A stretch of 64,000 bases of DNA from positions 57,300,464-57,364,463 of the forward strand of contig NC_043011.1 of assembly GCF_006345805.1 (NCBI RefSeq), read 5' to 3'. The DNA comes from Octopus sinensis. Taxonomy: Eukaryota. The translations under genes were made by a program, and so were the position numbers. How positions within the stretch are numbered: the stretch's first letter is position 1; each line of letters starts with the position of its first letter. Of this stretch, positions 24,767 to 38,103 are shown piece by piece. A model generated the notes under the pieces. It did no database searches. It saw only the letters and a program-made list of their open reading frames with translations, and was not told where the DNA came from.

Positions 24767-26598
24767 GATTTAGCAGGGTAAAAGTTTTGCCGGAAAGATC
24801 TTCAGACTATTTCTTTTTATTCAGATTATATTTGTACTGAATTTTCATTTTTGGTACAAATTTGACTGGAAAATGGAAATATATGAAATGTTGGAATTTA
24901 GCTTCCTGAAAAGAAACTCCGAGTGGCTGTTTGCCTCCGTTTGTGTTTTATATAATTTCTAACCAAATGTCCATCAACTACTTCTTGTGCATTCGGATGT
25001 TAGTGTGTACCCTTCAGATTTGTTTTGAATCCACATGGAATTATAAAAAACACATGTTGTTCCGGGTGATAACTGTGTTTTCAATTGTCAGGCAAAATCA
25101 CAGAAGGATATACGCTTTCAAACAGACAAAAACTTCAATCCACATGTAGTTCCTTTAAGGAATTATTCGGAATAAGATGCGTAGAATTCACACATCTAAT
25201 TTATTTTGTTAATTAAGTTATGGAAATTTCTAGGCATTTCATTCTTTTTAGAAATCATCAGAATGACATGACCTTTGACCTATTAAATAAACGTTTTATA
25301 AAATGAGGAATTTTACTAAAGTTGGAAATAATTAGTTTGGAAGAAATTCACTGATTGTGTTTCCTTTTCTTAGAACGTTAGTAGATTAGGATTTGAGAGA
25401 ATAGAGAGAAAATGTTTATTGTTTATATATAGAATAATGACTATATGCAGGGAGTTGTACCCTCTATAAATGTCTTACAACAACCAAAATTCTAGTTTTC
25501 GTCACAAACAACTTCACTGACAGTTTTCAATGTACTCTTCTGGATGTAGGCATTCGTTTCGAGCTGATATTTATTTAGTGATGTGCCGTCATTTGATCAT
25601 TGGAACCGATATCATCTATTCATAAACATATAAGTCTTAACCATCGTCAATAGTTTAAAATGGATTTTCACGAATTCATAGCTAAACATTTTCAAACACA
25701 CGTGGTTCTTCTTACAGATACAGCTATTAAAAGTGAGAAAATGATTTCGACATTGAATAAGGCAGGTTTATAAATTTGAAATTGAAATTAAAAATTTGTC
25801 AGGGAAAAGACATATAGAATTCACACAAATATATTTTCGTTTTAATTAATTCAAAGTTATTAATATTTCAAGTCATTGGTAATCATGTATTTAATCACTC
25901 CTTCATAAATAAGTTTTGTCCTAAAATTCTCCTTCTGATAGATTTTCATATAATGTTTTATTTCACAAGTATTTGGATGCATAATGAACGCGGTTTTACT
26001 CCAGTTTTCAAAACTAAATATTATAGACATTTAATTCGCCGAATTCTGTCTTATGCTGTCATGTTGTACTTCGTAGACTTTTGATAATTTATCGTACGCA
26101 TTAACCATTTTTTTGGTCATACAACTGCTTCAATTTTTGCATTACAATACATTTGATTCTACCAAACATATACATTTCAGCACATTTGATTTAAGCTCTA
26201 TAAAGTTCAAAAATGAACTTTACCAACATTTTATTCACTGAGTTCTGTCACCTTCAGTCATGTTTAGCTTGTAAACTATTGTTATTCTGTCTTTTTTTTT
26301 TTGATCCGTTAACATTTTTCACCGTTGCCTCAATTTTTGTACGACAAAGAATTTGTTTTTCTCTCGTTGTCTCAACTTTTGCATTTCAAAGAACTTGGTT
26401 CTGTCAGTCGTAATTTATTACAGCGTGCGCTATACTTCTTTCTATCTACCAGAGTTTGATGCCGAGGCATTTTATTATTCAGAAAGAACAAAATATTTTC
26501 TTGTAGTTTCTTCATGGAAAATATCAAGTTTGAATTTCCAACGGAAAACGTTTGCAATTAACATGTTCTTATTCATTTATCTTATTTGCACACACACA

Positions 26599-26683
<85 letters not shown>

Positions 26684-27312
26684 GCGCGCGCGCACGCACG
26701 CACACGTACGAACAGAGGTTGTCTTAACTTCGTGAAGGGATAGTTTCATCCAAGGAAATACTGGTTCAATACCTAGTATTTTTGGGGAATTATTTTCTTA
26801 AAATAATAGGTGAATGTAAAAACATAGTTTATATTTACATAAAAGAAGAAAAAGAAAATGGAGTTTGGGAAGTGAATAATTGTTTATTCTTAACAGCAAA
26901 TTAATCATCATCCCTTACAGCTGTTTCAATTAATTCTCAGTAAATATTAATTAAATATTAAATCTATATGGCCTGAGAATAATATTTTCAGAGGTGGGGG
27001 GGATACCCTTATGTGTTTATGGATTCATTATAGCAGACTGAAGGATATTGTTTATGATTTGTATTGTTATATGTTTGGGCGAGGGGTTTGCAGGTTGATT
27101 GGAGATAAGCGAGGGTAGGTAAATAGACTTAGAACAGTAAATGAATAAATCGAATAGAGATGATAGAGGAAATTTAAATATAAATAAGGTAAGTTTATTG
27201 TTAATAAAGAATGGAATAGTCGTTTATAAGGTATAAATAAAGTTAAGAAAATATCTATATATGCAAGTACGAACGCATGCATATACACACATACAAATAT
27301 GTATCCGTACGT

Positions 27313-27377
<65 letters not shown>

Positions 27378-27560
27378 CATACAGAGACACACGCATATAT
27401 ATACATCCACATGTACACACGTATGCACGTATATACGTATATACGCATATATACACATACATGTACATGCGCGAATAAATTAATGCGTATGCACATTCAC
27501 ACATACATACATGTATATATACGCGTTTACACTTTTTACCTATCACCCTTAAAAAGTTTA

Positions 27561-28255
27561 GGAGAGTGTGGGAAAACAACATGCTCACAATAACCACCAA
27601 GATCGCAGTGTACCGAGCCTGCGTGCTGAGCACCCTACTCTACGGCAGCGAGAGCTGGACAACATACACCCGGCAGGAATGCCGCCTCAGCGGCTTCCAC
27701 ATGCGGTGTCTTCGACGAATCATTGGCATCTCCTGGAAGGACCGAGTACCAAACGGAGACATCCTGGAACAGACTAATATGCCAAGCATGTATGCCCTCC
27801 TCGTGCGGAGACGACTGCGCTGGCTCGGACACGTCTGCCGCATGCAGGACGGTCGCATGCCTAAAGACATCCTGTACAGCGAACTCACCACGGGATCCCG
27901 ACCCAAGGGACGTCCACAGCTACGATACAGGGACGTGTGCAAGCGCGACCTGAGGACTGCCAACATCTGTGTGGACACGTGGGAGGAACAGCTGCTGACC
28001 GCTCTGCCTGGCGTCGGACGGTGAGGAAAGGCGTTTCCATGGCTGAGGAGAGGAGAGCACAGCTGTGGTTGGACAGGCGGGACAGGAGGAGGACAACTGC
28101 AGCAACACCCCACACGTACCCATCGATGTTCGTGTGCAGCAACTGTACCAAGGACTGCCACTCTAGAATTGGACTGTTCAGTCACAGCAGACGCTGCGCA
28201 TCATCAAAGTAGGCCCCACCCTTGGCGCAACCCATTGTCTATCAAGACAGACGGG
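27561..28255 (+). mobile_element. Young, GC-rich 5'-truncated RTE-clade LINE (RT C-terminus + C2H2-like finger + 3' UTR)
   Basis: TKIAVYRACVLSTLLYGSESW...RRLRWLGHVCRMQDGRMPKDILY; one 1-nt frameshift near 27990; then ADRSAWR...FVCSNCTKDCHSRIGLFSHSRRC*; (AT)n tail. Confidence 0.92.
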
Positions 28256-28265
28256 GATATATATA

Positions 28266-28333
<68 letters not shown>

Positions 28334-28358
28334 TATATAATATGGGTATCTTATTAGC

Positions 28359-28647
28359 AATTTATAGACGTCACTAAAGTGACAGAGGGTATAAAGTGAT
28401 ACCAGTATATCCGGCTATATCTGCGACCCTTATTTCTTGCAATGCTGGCACCACTTTGTACCGTCACTTTAGTGAAGTCTATAAATTTGCCTTTAGGTTG
28501 TTAAGCTGCTGGCTCTATCTGCGACCGTAGGAAGCCTTGTCTCCCTTGTCAGCTTATTAAGGTAGTGTTCTTGTGGCTAATGAGTCGGTTTGACTCCTAT
28601 TTCTAGCAATGCTGGTGCCACTTTGTACCCTCTGCCACTTTAGTAAC

Positions 28648-28651
<4 letters not shown>
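28359..28651. repeat. Inverted-plus-direct partial repeat of an unclassified element
   Basis: IR arms 28359-28405/28445-28487; the right arm recurs at 28598-28651; GGCT.TATCTGCGACC occurs twice. Confidence 0.75.
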
Positions 28652-28744
<93 letters not shown>

Positions 28745-30210
28745 ATATATATATAAACACATACATGCATGTATACATTCATGCATAACTTTATGATTAT
28801 ATGTGTGTTGTGTGTGTATACGAAAGAAAGAGAATGAAAAATAAAAAGAGAAAGAGAGAGAGAGAGAGAGTGAACACTTTCGCCATACAATTAGGTAAGA
28901 GAAAATAACAAAGCCAATACAACTATTTATATTGATTTAACAACAGTAAAAAAGAGCAAAACCACAAAAACAAAACAATGAAAACGAAATCCTCATCGAC
29001 AACAAAACGGGATAAACCGCCATTAAAATCTTTCCTGTAAAACATTAATCTGACCATGATATCCCAACCATTCCAACATTGCATTTGCTATTTTCATCGA
29101 TATCATTCACAAAATATGCGGCAAAAATTTACCGAGCTTACAGAATCAAATTTCCTCTAAAATATTTTTTGAAAAATTAAAATGCGAAATAAATAAATAC
29201 TTATAAAAAGCCAAGTTATGTAGCGGAGAGCAGCAAACCTTGAGTCTTGTTAATACATTTCATTGGAAATGGACGTACACACACACATGCATATCGTCTG
29301 CAACGTTTAGCGTGAAATTTAAATTCGTGACATTAGCGAAGTTATCTTTAAAATGCATTCTGAAAATTTGCGTTGTTAATTTTTTTCTATATTTTAAAAT
29401 CTTGTTATTCATAAACAGACCGTATAAAACCTTATATCTATCCATTGAAACTATTTCCCATGCCTTCCCTTTACTCTATCTGCCTGTCTGTCTCTTTCGC
29501 TCTCTATCTATCTGTCACACACACACATACTTGCACATGCACGTATTGAAACATACTTATTGACATGTACGCTCAGATATTTATGAATATGTGTGTGTGT
29601 ATGCGTGTATATGTATTATTCTGTTTGTGTGATTGTATATACATGTGAGTACATATGTATGTATGTATGTATGTTTATGTCAGGTCATTTTCGAGTGCTA
29701 CTGGTAACGTGTAACCCAGGGTGTTTATTGGATACCCTGCGGGATGAAAAACAAAACTTGTCAAAGGCCAGAGGAACTCTTGAGAGTCAACGGCCACCCA
29801 ATAAATGTCTTAAGGATGTATCATGCGCGGGGACATAGAAATAATCGGACTGAATACCCGATCGCGCGGTTAAACCATTGGGAGTGAAGGACTCCTAGCC
29901 TTTGTTAGGGCATCCCTCTAGATGGTAACTGAAGTAACTGGGATAACTCCAACATAAAACCTGCGGCTCAGTGGTTACCGATGATGTTGACTTGTTCTTC
30001 TTTTCGGATTATGGCTGCTGTTGCTTAGTGAGTGGGATTGACTCATTGCACAGCCTTTCCTCACTTAAAAAAAATCTTCTTGCACAGGCATTGCACGATA
30101 ACAACATTGATTAAGCTTCGCGCAATGGCCATACTCGATAACGAGGGGGCAGCCACCATGTATGTATGTATGTATGTATGTATGTATGTATGTATAAGTA
30201 TATAACTATA

Positions 30211-31487
30211 TATTGGGTCATCACATAAATAAAGCGGTTTTTTCAATTGCATGAACTAAAAGTCAGAGTGGGACAGGATAAACTACCTGCATCAACTTGC
30301 TATAAAAGCAGGTAGTAATTTTACTTTGTCCTTATTCTTAGTGCAAGTTTTGAAGAGTGCAGTTCGATTTTAACAGTTATTTTTTCAAAGCTATAATGGA
30401 AGTGACAGAGGAGCATATATCGGCATATTTTGCTTTATGAGTTCAATAAAGGAAACAACACAACGGTATTTGCGGGGAACATTAATACATAGGGATCGGA
30501 CAATAAGCCTAGGAAAGTATCAGCAGTGGTTTCAGAAATTCCGAGCCGGAAACTAGTGTCTAGAAGACGAGCCTCGCCCTGGAAGATGTGTAGAGCTCGA
30601 CGAGGACGTCCTGCAGACTCTGGTGAAACAAAATCCCCTCGTAACTGCAGAGGAGAGAAGCTTGGATTTGGTCATTCAACCATTCATCGACACCTGCATG
30701 CCATTTGAAAAGTCAGCAAATTGGGTCAATGAGTTCCGTACAAAATTTCCGAGTCTAATCGCGCGCCGAGAGTGAATGTGTGCTCTTCTTTGCTGTCACG
30801 TCTCACGAATGAACCTTTTTTGGACCGAATAGTGACTGGTGACGAGAAATGGGTTCCCTATAAAAATATCAAGCGCCGAAGACAGTGGGTAGGGGAAGGA
30901 GAAACCCCGGCACCCCAGGCTAAAGAAGGTCTTCACCCACGTAAGGTGTTATCTGTTTGGTGGGATATGAAAAGTTTAGTCCACTTTGAACTTTAAAACC
31001 TAAACCAAATGATAACAAAGGAGATCTACTGTGAGCAGCTTGAGTGGCTTAAGTTAGCGCTAGAAGAAAAACGACCATATTCGCTTTCAAGACGAAAGGT
31101 GTTATTCCATCAGGATAATGCTCGGCCACCTACAGCGAGGATGACATTCGAAAGGCTGGAGCAGTTTGAATAGGAAACAATGCCCTACTCACCATATTCG
31201 CCGGACATTGCCCCATCTGATGATAATTTATTCCGCAGTCTTCAAAATCATTTAGACGGAAAAGCATGAATTCTGTAGAGGAGGCCAGAACAGTACTGGA
31301 GGAGTATTTTTCGTCACGGAGAAGTGAATTTTGGAAGAGGGGCCTTGCAAGTCTTGCAGATAGATGGAAGAGCATTGTAGAAAATGAAGGGGAGTATAGT
31401 TCAGATTAAAAAAGAACTTTGCTTATCTTAATTTTGAAAAAAAATAAGAAGTATAAAAACACCGCATTATTTATGGGATGACCCTAA

Positions 31488-31490
<3 letters not shown>
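30211..31490 (+). mobile_element. Full-length (~1.28 kb) defective mariner element, mellifera-like
   Basis: TIRs TATTGGGTCATCACATAAATAAAGCGG / CCGCATTATTTATGGGATGACCCTAAATA; transposase motifs RHILLYEF, RIVTGDEKW, QDNARP, YSPDIAPSD with stops and frameshifts. Confidence 0.93.
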
Positions 31491-31551
<61 letters not shown>

Positions 31552-32359
31552 ATAAGAGTAGATCGTATACGAGTGGGTATATATTTGTAAAAGAGAAGTT
31601 TGAAAACGCCACTATATTAGATAAATTTTAATTTTACATGTTTCGGTTCTTGAAATAACGAAACTTATCAAAAAAATTTATAATAAACAGTATAATGGAA
31701 CAGTTCATAATTGTTACATACATTCAATAGAATCCATGCTATATACATTCAATAGAATCCATGTTCTTAAAAAGGCGAACCTTATCAAATATATTATAAA
31801 GAGTATAATAGAAAAAATCCATAATCGTTCCTTACTGTTTTGTCGAGTGTAGTGGAGAAGTTCATTATAGATTTTACCTTGTGTTCCAATGGAAGCAACA
31901 GTAGTGATTCTTGGTCGTCGTCTGTTGGTCGAGGCTATAGTAGAAGAAATTTGTCCAATGTGCTGTTCAGTGGGACTGAACCCGAAACTACACAGTGGCA
32001 AAACGAACTTCTTAACCACGCAGTAATGCTTGCACTTAGATGAAAATAAATAAAATAAAATAAAATTAAAAAAATATTAATAAAATCTTGAGTGGAATTG
32101 CTTCATGGACAAAAATCGTAACTAGGCTTTGCAATTTTCACATATTTTACAATTTTCTATATAATTATTAAAATAAAATTTTAGAAAAATGAAAACAAGG
32201 CAAGTTTCAGATCATGGACTTTCTTTTAATTTTGTCGTTAAATAAATTTTTGGGAATTAACAAGAACAAAGTGGATATTTTCTTAATTTAATTGAAAATG
32301 TTAAAATAGTGGGGGAGAGGATGGGAACCTATGATCCAAAATCATACAATAATTAACAA

Positions 32360-32443
<84 letters not shown>

Positions 32444-32687
32444 TATATGTATATATGGAAGCGTAAGTCTATTTATGTGACAAAAATCAAACGAGGCTGA
32501 GTAATCCCAAAACATCACACATTACTCTATTTTCAATTATTCCTCTGTGTTAATAATGGTAACAAGATTTTAGACTTGCAAACTAAACTTTAAGATTAGC
32601 CTTAATTATTCAACTTTAATTAACGATATCAGAAGTAGTTGTTATACAACATCGTGCTTTTCAAAGTACTGGAAATACAATTTGGAA

Positions 32688-32721
<34 letters not shown>

Positions 32722-32723
32722 AT

Positions 32724-32853
32724 GGTAAGAAGTTTGCTATCCAACCACATGGTTCCGGGTTCAGTTCCATTATCTGGCACCTTGTGCAAGTGTCTTCTAC
32801 CATAGCCTCGTGAGTGGATTTGGTAGACGGAAACTGAAAGAAGTCTGTCGTGC

Positions 32854-32933
<80 letters not shown>

Positions 32934-32952
32934 TGTGTGTGTGTGTGTGTGT

Positions 32953-32984
<32 letters not shown>

Positions 32985-33197
32985 TGTGTGTTTGTGTTTT
33001 TATCCTCCACCATCGCTTGACAACTGGTGTTGGTGTGTTTACGTCCTCGTATCTTTGCGGTTCGGTAAAAGAGAACGAGAGAACAAGCACCAGGCTTTAC
33101 AAAAAAAAGTAAGTACTGGGGGCGATTCGTTAGACTAGAATTCTTCAAGGCGGTGCCCCAGCATGGCCGCAGTCTAATGACTGAAACAAATAAAAGA
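32724..33197 (+). mobile_element. SINE family A
   Basis: Both halves, internal (TA)n(TG)n of ~130 bp. Confidence 0.85.
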
Positions 33198-33541
33198 TAT
33201 ATATTAATATATATACATACACGCATATGTGCAAGATGGTTGCAACTTGATTTTGTGCAATGCTACAGCATGGCCATTCCCTTAAACGTCACAGGATTAA
33301 CTTGCTAGTTATTGATAGAGCTTATTTACGGTTGAGTGAATTGAAGCAACAGGAAATGTAGTGTTTTGTTGAAGAACATAATGCACGGTCCTGGAATCGA
33401 AATCACCATCTTACGAACGTGTGTGCAACAGTCTAACCACTAGGCCACGATTCCTTGCTCTAGCTGGTGGTGGTGGTGGTGGGAGATATCTCCTGTGTTC
33501 TTGCGACAATATCATTCTAACATTCCATATTTCACACACTC

Positions 33542-33915
33542 TGGTGGCGAACTGGCGGAATTGTCTTTACGTTCTGAGTTCAAATTCCGCCAAGGTCGAC
33601 TTTGCTTTTCATCCTTTCGGGGTCGATAAAATAAGTACCATTTGAGTACTGGGGTCGATGTAATCAACTTACCTCATCTCCCTAAGTTGTTGGCTTTGTG
33701 CAAAAATTTGAAGCCATATTGCACACACTGATGTGGCCAGATGGCAGAGTTGTTGGCATGTCGGATAAAATGCTTAGTGGCATTTCTTCCGGCGCTTTAC
33801 GTTCTAACTTTTTCATTCGTCCTTTTGAAAATGATAAAGTACCAGTCAAGTACTGAGATCAATATGATCGATTTACTCGCTCACTATAAAATTGCTGGCC
33901 TTATGTCAACATTTA
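33542..33915 (+). mobile_element. Two tandem SINE D copies (33542-33722, 33735-33915)
   Basis: Each has a TGGC(G/A)GA A-box head and the CATCCTTT..GG..GATAAAAT.AGTACCA domain. Confidence 0.75.
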
Positions 33916-33935
33916 AAACTATATTTTATACACTA

Positions 33936-33976
33936 ACTAGCACTATGACCCGGCAACGCCTGGTCATAGTGCTAGT
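33936..33976. repeat. 41-bp palindrome made of a Helitron 3' end
   Basis: ACTAGCACTATGACC-cggcaacgcct-GGTCATAGTGCTAGT; perfect 15-bp arms. Confidence 0.85.
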
Positions 33977-34039
33977 GCATGCATATACAGCTGCGTGCAT
34001 GCGCACATAAACGTGAGTACTGTACAAATCATACAGCTA

Positions 34040-34297
34040 GCTGGCATTCAATTGGCGTATCAAGTTTCGGGCATTTTGATTGGGTTTTGGATAGAAAATT
34101 CGCGAAAAAGTCATTTCGATTGACTTTTAATAGCTTTGCGGGGTGACTGGGGAAATGTAAAGATGTGCACGACCACCCTTGGACGGTTTTGAATGACCAT
34201 AGAAAGTGCGAGCCCTCTAGCTGAAAAATTGTGGATTTGTATAAAGGACACGCACACACACACACAGACAGACAGACATTTTGCCGTTTATATGAGA
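34040..34297 (-). mobile_element. Helitron 5' segment abutting the downstream Helitron
   Basis: Minus-strand start TCTCATATAAACGGCAAAATGTCTGTCTGTCTGTGTG, a typical TC + microsatellite start; its own 3' end was not identified. Confidence 0.55.
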
Positions 34298-35135
34298 CTA
34301 GCAGAATTGCCCGGCGTTGCTCGGGGCTGAATTACTTGAAAGTACTGTTAATGATTGCACTGAATGATGATGATTATTCAGGCAAATATTGATATAAGTT
34401 TACGCTGGGAGATAAGGACTTAACGATCAAACGGTGCCATTGCATTGTTTTGGGGAACCAAATTTCTGATGAGCATTATAGGGGCACCAACTTTAAGTTG
34501 AGTGGTGGTGGTAGTCCCGGGTGCTCAAAGGAATTGAGTACCTCTATTGGATAGTTGATGACGTCCTCTGGGTCAGGAGTTGTATCGATAGACTGATATA
34601 CATAGACTTCCCCAGGAATGAGTTTTAGCATTCATCATTAATATGGTGAACAGTTTTTTCCTTGGGGCCAGTATAGCCTTTTTGCCAATCCAATCCATAT
34701 TCTGATAATTAGCTTGTAGATCTTGGAACACTGTATCTCTGAGATCAGAAGGCGTCTTAACAATGGTACAAATGAATCGATGGCAATATTACCATTTTCA
34801 TCCCCTGGTATTTTGCCTTCGCCAAGTGCAATGAGGGTGTGAGGAAATGCTGCTGATGTGATATTACGTCGCATATGAGCACGCATATTGGTGTGAAGTT
34901 TGAGAGTTACGTTACTTCCTTAAATTAATAAAATGCATTAAAATGGGAAAAAAGATGATGGTAAAATATTTGTAAAATCGTAGACTCATCGTAGACGCGG
35001 CAATACCCAGAAGGGCTCGATATGAATCACGACTATAAGATACTCGGTTTGGTTAAACTGCATCGCAAAATGTGGGAGTAGTTAGGAATCTAAATCGGAG
35101 TAGACAGACACACAACCTTTCTTTTATATATAAGA
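34298..35135 (-). mobile_element. Non-autonomous Helitron carrying a Pif1-helicase fragment
   Basis: TC 5' end, CCCGAGC-AAC-GCCGGG hairpin and CTAG 3' end; internal NMRAHM...LIALGEGK...KAILAPR...SIDT...NYPIEVLNS...LKVGAPIMLIRNL. Confidence 0.9.
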
Positions 35136-35490
35136 TTTTCGTCCTAAAAAACTTGTATGGAGTGAAGGTTACCTCTATGGAAATATATACACACACGTTA
35201 TACATACATGTGTGCATAGATGAATATATAAAACATTTAAATATCTATATACACTTTTGGGCGATCTTTCTGCTTCTTAGAGATAACTTTAGATGTTATT
35301 TTCGTCCTAAAAAACTTTGTGCGGAGTGAATGGTTACCTCTATGGAAATATATAACACACATTATACATACATGTGTGTATAGATGAATATATAAATACA
35401 TTTAAATATCTATATACACTTTTGGGCGATCTTTCTGCTTCTTAGAGATAACTTTAGATGTTATATTCGTCCTAAATAACTTTGTATGAA
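35136..35490 (+). repeat. ~164-bp tandem repeat, ~2.2 copies
   Basis: TTCGTCCTAAA recurs at 35138, 35301 and 35466 with high identity between units. Confidence 0.9.
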
Positions 35491-35710
35491 TGAAAAGAAA
35501 ATGAATTGAAATTCTAAAAGAAAGGAATTTGTTTACATACATGTGTAAAATGGCAAATGTTTGTGCAGTTGTCTGATGGAACTGATGTATTATAATGAAT
35601 AGTCCTTCTTCTTGTGAATATTAATTTGATTAATATGAACTGAAAACCAGTGGTGTAGCATAGGTGATCTTCTAGCAAAAAGGATGACCAGTCTGAATGG
35701 GTCATCCCTG

Positions 35711-35750
<40 letters not shown>

Positions 35751-35784
35751 CCTCACACACACGCACACACACACACACAGACAC

Positions 35785-35833
<49 letters not shown>

Positions 35834-36976
35834 AGCTTACAATGTCTGTCAACAATTGACACTGTCGTATATATTAGCGTGTCTATGTGTCTAAAGAGGA
35901 AGTTGGAGTAATAGGCAGAGTAAAGGCTTCAAAATGAAATGTTAAAATATTGAGTTTTCTCGAATTTTGTCTTAATTGGGGGTGAAATTGAAAGAAATTT
36001 TGTATGGCATGACCCAATGGAAGTTCTTTGAAAAATCATAGGTAAAGTCTGGAAATTAAAGAAATTGTGAGGAGTAAATCGTTATGTATTTATTTGTTTC
36101 TGTTTGCTGATTTTTTTTTGAGTAGTGTTGTAAGGTAGACTTGCAAAGAGAAAGTCGTAGAAATGAGAGTGATAGCGTGAGTGAATCAGATCGCTCCCTT
36201 TTGTGTGTGTGTGTGTGTGCGAGTTCTGTAGCCCACACTAAGAAATGCATTTGACTTATACACCACAATGTGAGTTTTCTCTAAATTTTGCTTAATTGGG
36301 GTTGAAATTTTAAAAACTGGACCTGGCATGACCCGATGCATTCTACTCTTAAAAATGCTAGGTAAATTGTAATTGAAGAAATCCTATATTGTAGATTTCT
36401 ATAAGATACAAAGGGAGGCAGATAAAATCTGCCTTTTATAATAAGAGATATTCAAGGGTATCATGCATTATTAACCCTTGCTTAATATTTTTATGTTCTA
36501 CTAGTATTTGGATATTGTAAACGCCTCCATTTCCATTTTCTCCTAAATTTAAACATTCGCGAAAAGGAGAATTCTACATTTTCTATAATCGCTTGATATA
36601 GTAGTTTCTCTGTTTTTGGCATCGTTCAAAGCATACCGAGTTACACTAAAACACGCATATAAGCGAATTTCCCGTCAACGGCTGAGTCAGCCACTGCACC
36701 ACTATCTCGCGATATGTATACGCGCGCATGCACACACACACACATATTCATACTTATACATATATATATATAGTATATGCCTGTATGTGTGTATACATAT
36801 TCATCGAAATATATAGACATATATGTGTGCGTATATATATGTATATATAAATGTGTGTGTATATATATATATATATACACCCCTACTGTCACGTTCGTGT
36901 TAGATTGACAGTATGCAACCATTCTATCGCCCCACCATCGTACATGTCTCTACGAGAGATTTAGAAATTTAGTATT

Positions 36977-37035
<59 letters not shown>

Positions 37036-37407
37036 CATATACATATATTTTACATATATATATGCATACATACATACATACAACATACATACATACATAC
37101 ATACATACATACATACATACATACGTTCATACGTACATTATATATATTTATGTACTTGCATGTTCCCGCTTGTCCAACATTTAAGACAAACGGTATTTTT
37201 TAGAATGTTTCTTTGCAGCAGAATTTCTCTAGAGACGCCAAATATCTATTCTTTCCTTTCTTTGCATTTTTTATATCTTCTTTTGGTTCTTAATATATTT
37301 ACCGTTCTTCACACGGCTGTTCTTTGAACCATATAAACTTATTAAGTTTTCGGTTTACTAGCCGCTCGTTGTTCTTTTGTTCTTTAGATCAAAACACACA
37401 CACACAC

Positions 37408-37445
<38 letters not shown>

Positions 37446-37450
37446 CACCA

Positions 37451-37481
<31 letters not shown>

Positions 37482-37700
37482 ATACACATGAATTTTAATA
37501 AGATTAGCAGCGTATTCGAATGAATTTTTGCCTGTTTTGACATTTGAGCTGTCTTACCCTTGTGTGAATGGAACCATGCTTACCTTTGTCTATCTGTGCA
37601 TATACCTGTATGTGTGGTGTGTATGTACATGTGTATTACGTATATAAGTATATAAGTATCTAAATATGTATTTAACATTTTCACATACATACACACAAGC

Positions 37701-37732
<32 letters not shown>

Positions 37733-38082
37733 ATATATATTATATATATATATATACACATACATACATACACACCTAAGTTTTAAAATATACACGTATG
37801 CATATATATATATGAATGCATTTATATGCATGTTGAAGTGTATATGTGCATATGAGTATGTGTGTGTATGTAAAAGTATATATGTTCTTCTTATCGTGAT
37901 GTCTACGTGTCTATTTAGGTCAACCCACCGGTAAACGAGTTTATTTAAGTATATGTACGTTTATATATATGAATTTATGCGCACACACATACGAAGGAAC
38001 ACACACACATATACACATTTTATACACACATTTTGGCGAACGTAAGCTAGTATTATTTATTTCCTTCTCTTTCTTCGTGTAG

Positions 38083-38103
38083 CTGTCGTAAAGTGTGTTT
38101 ACG
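38083..38103 (+). other. Candidate 21-nt microexon
   Basis: ttccttctctttcttcgtgtAG|CTGTCGTAAAGTGTGTTTACG|GTGAGT; length divisible by 3; two of three phases open. Confidence 0.35.

Noticed and set aside
26213-26557. Short ORFs in unique AT-rich DNA as exons
   Set aside because: No recognisable domain or convincing splice pair.
29860-29970. HDV-like ribozyme fold around GGACTCCTAGCCTTTGTTAGGGCATCC
   Set aside because: Could not assign P1/P2/P3 pairing by hand; kept only as a low-interest island.
36682-36694. Palindromic GGCTGAGTCAGCC (AP-1/MARE-like)
   Set aside because: Single isolated site, expected by chance.
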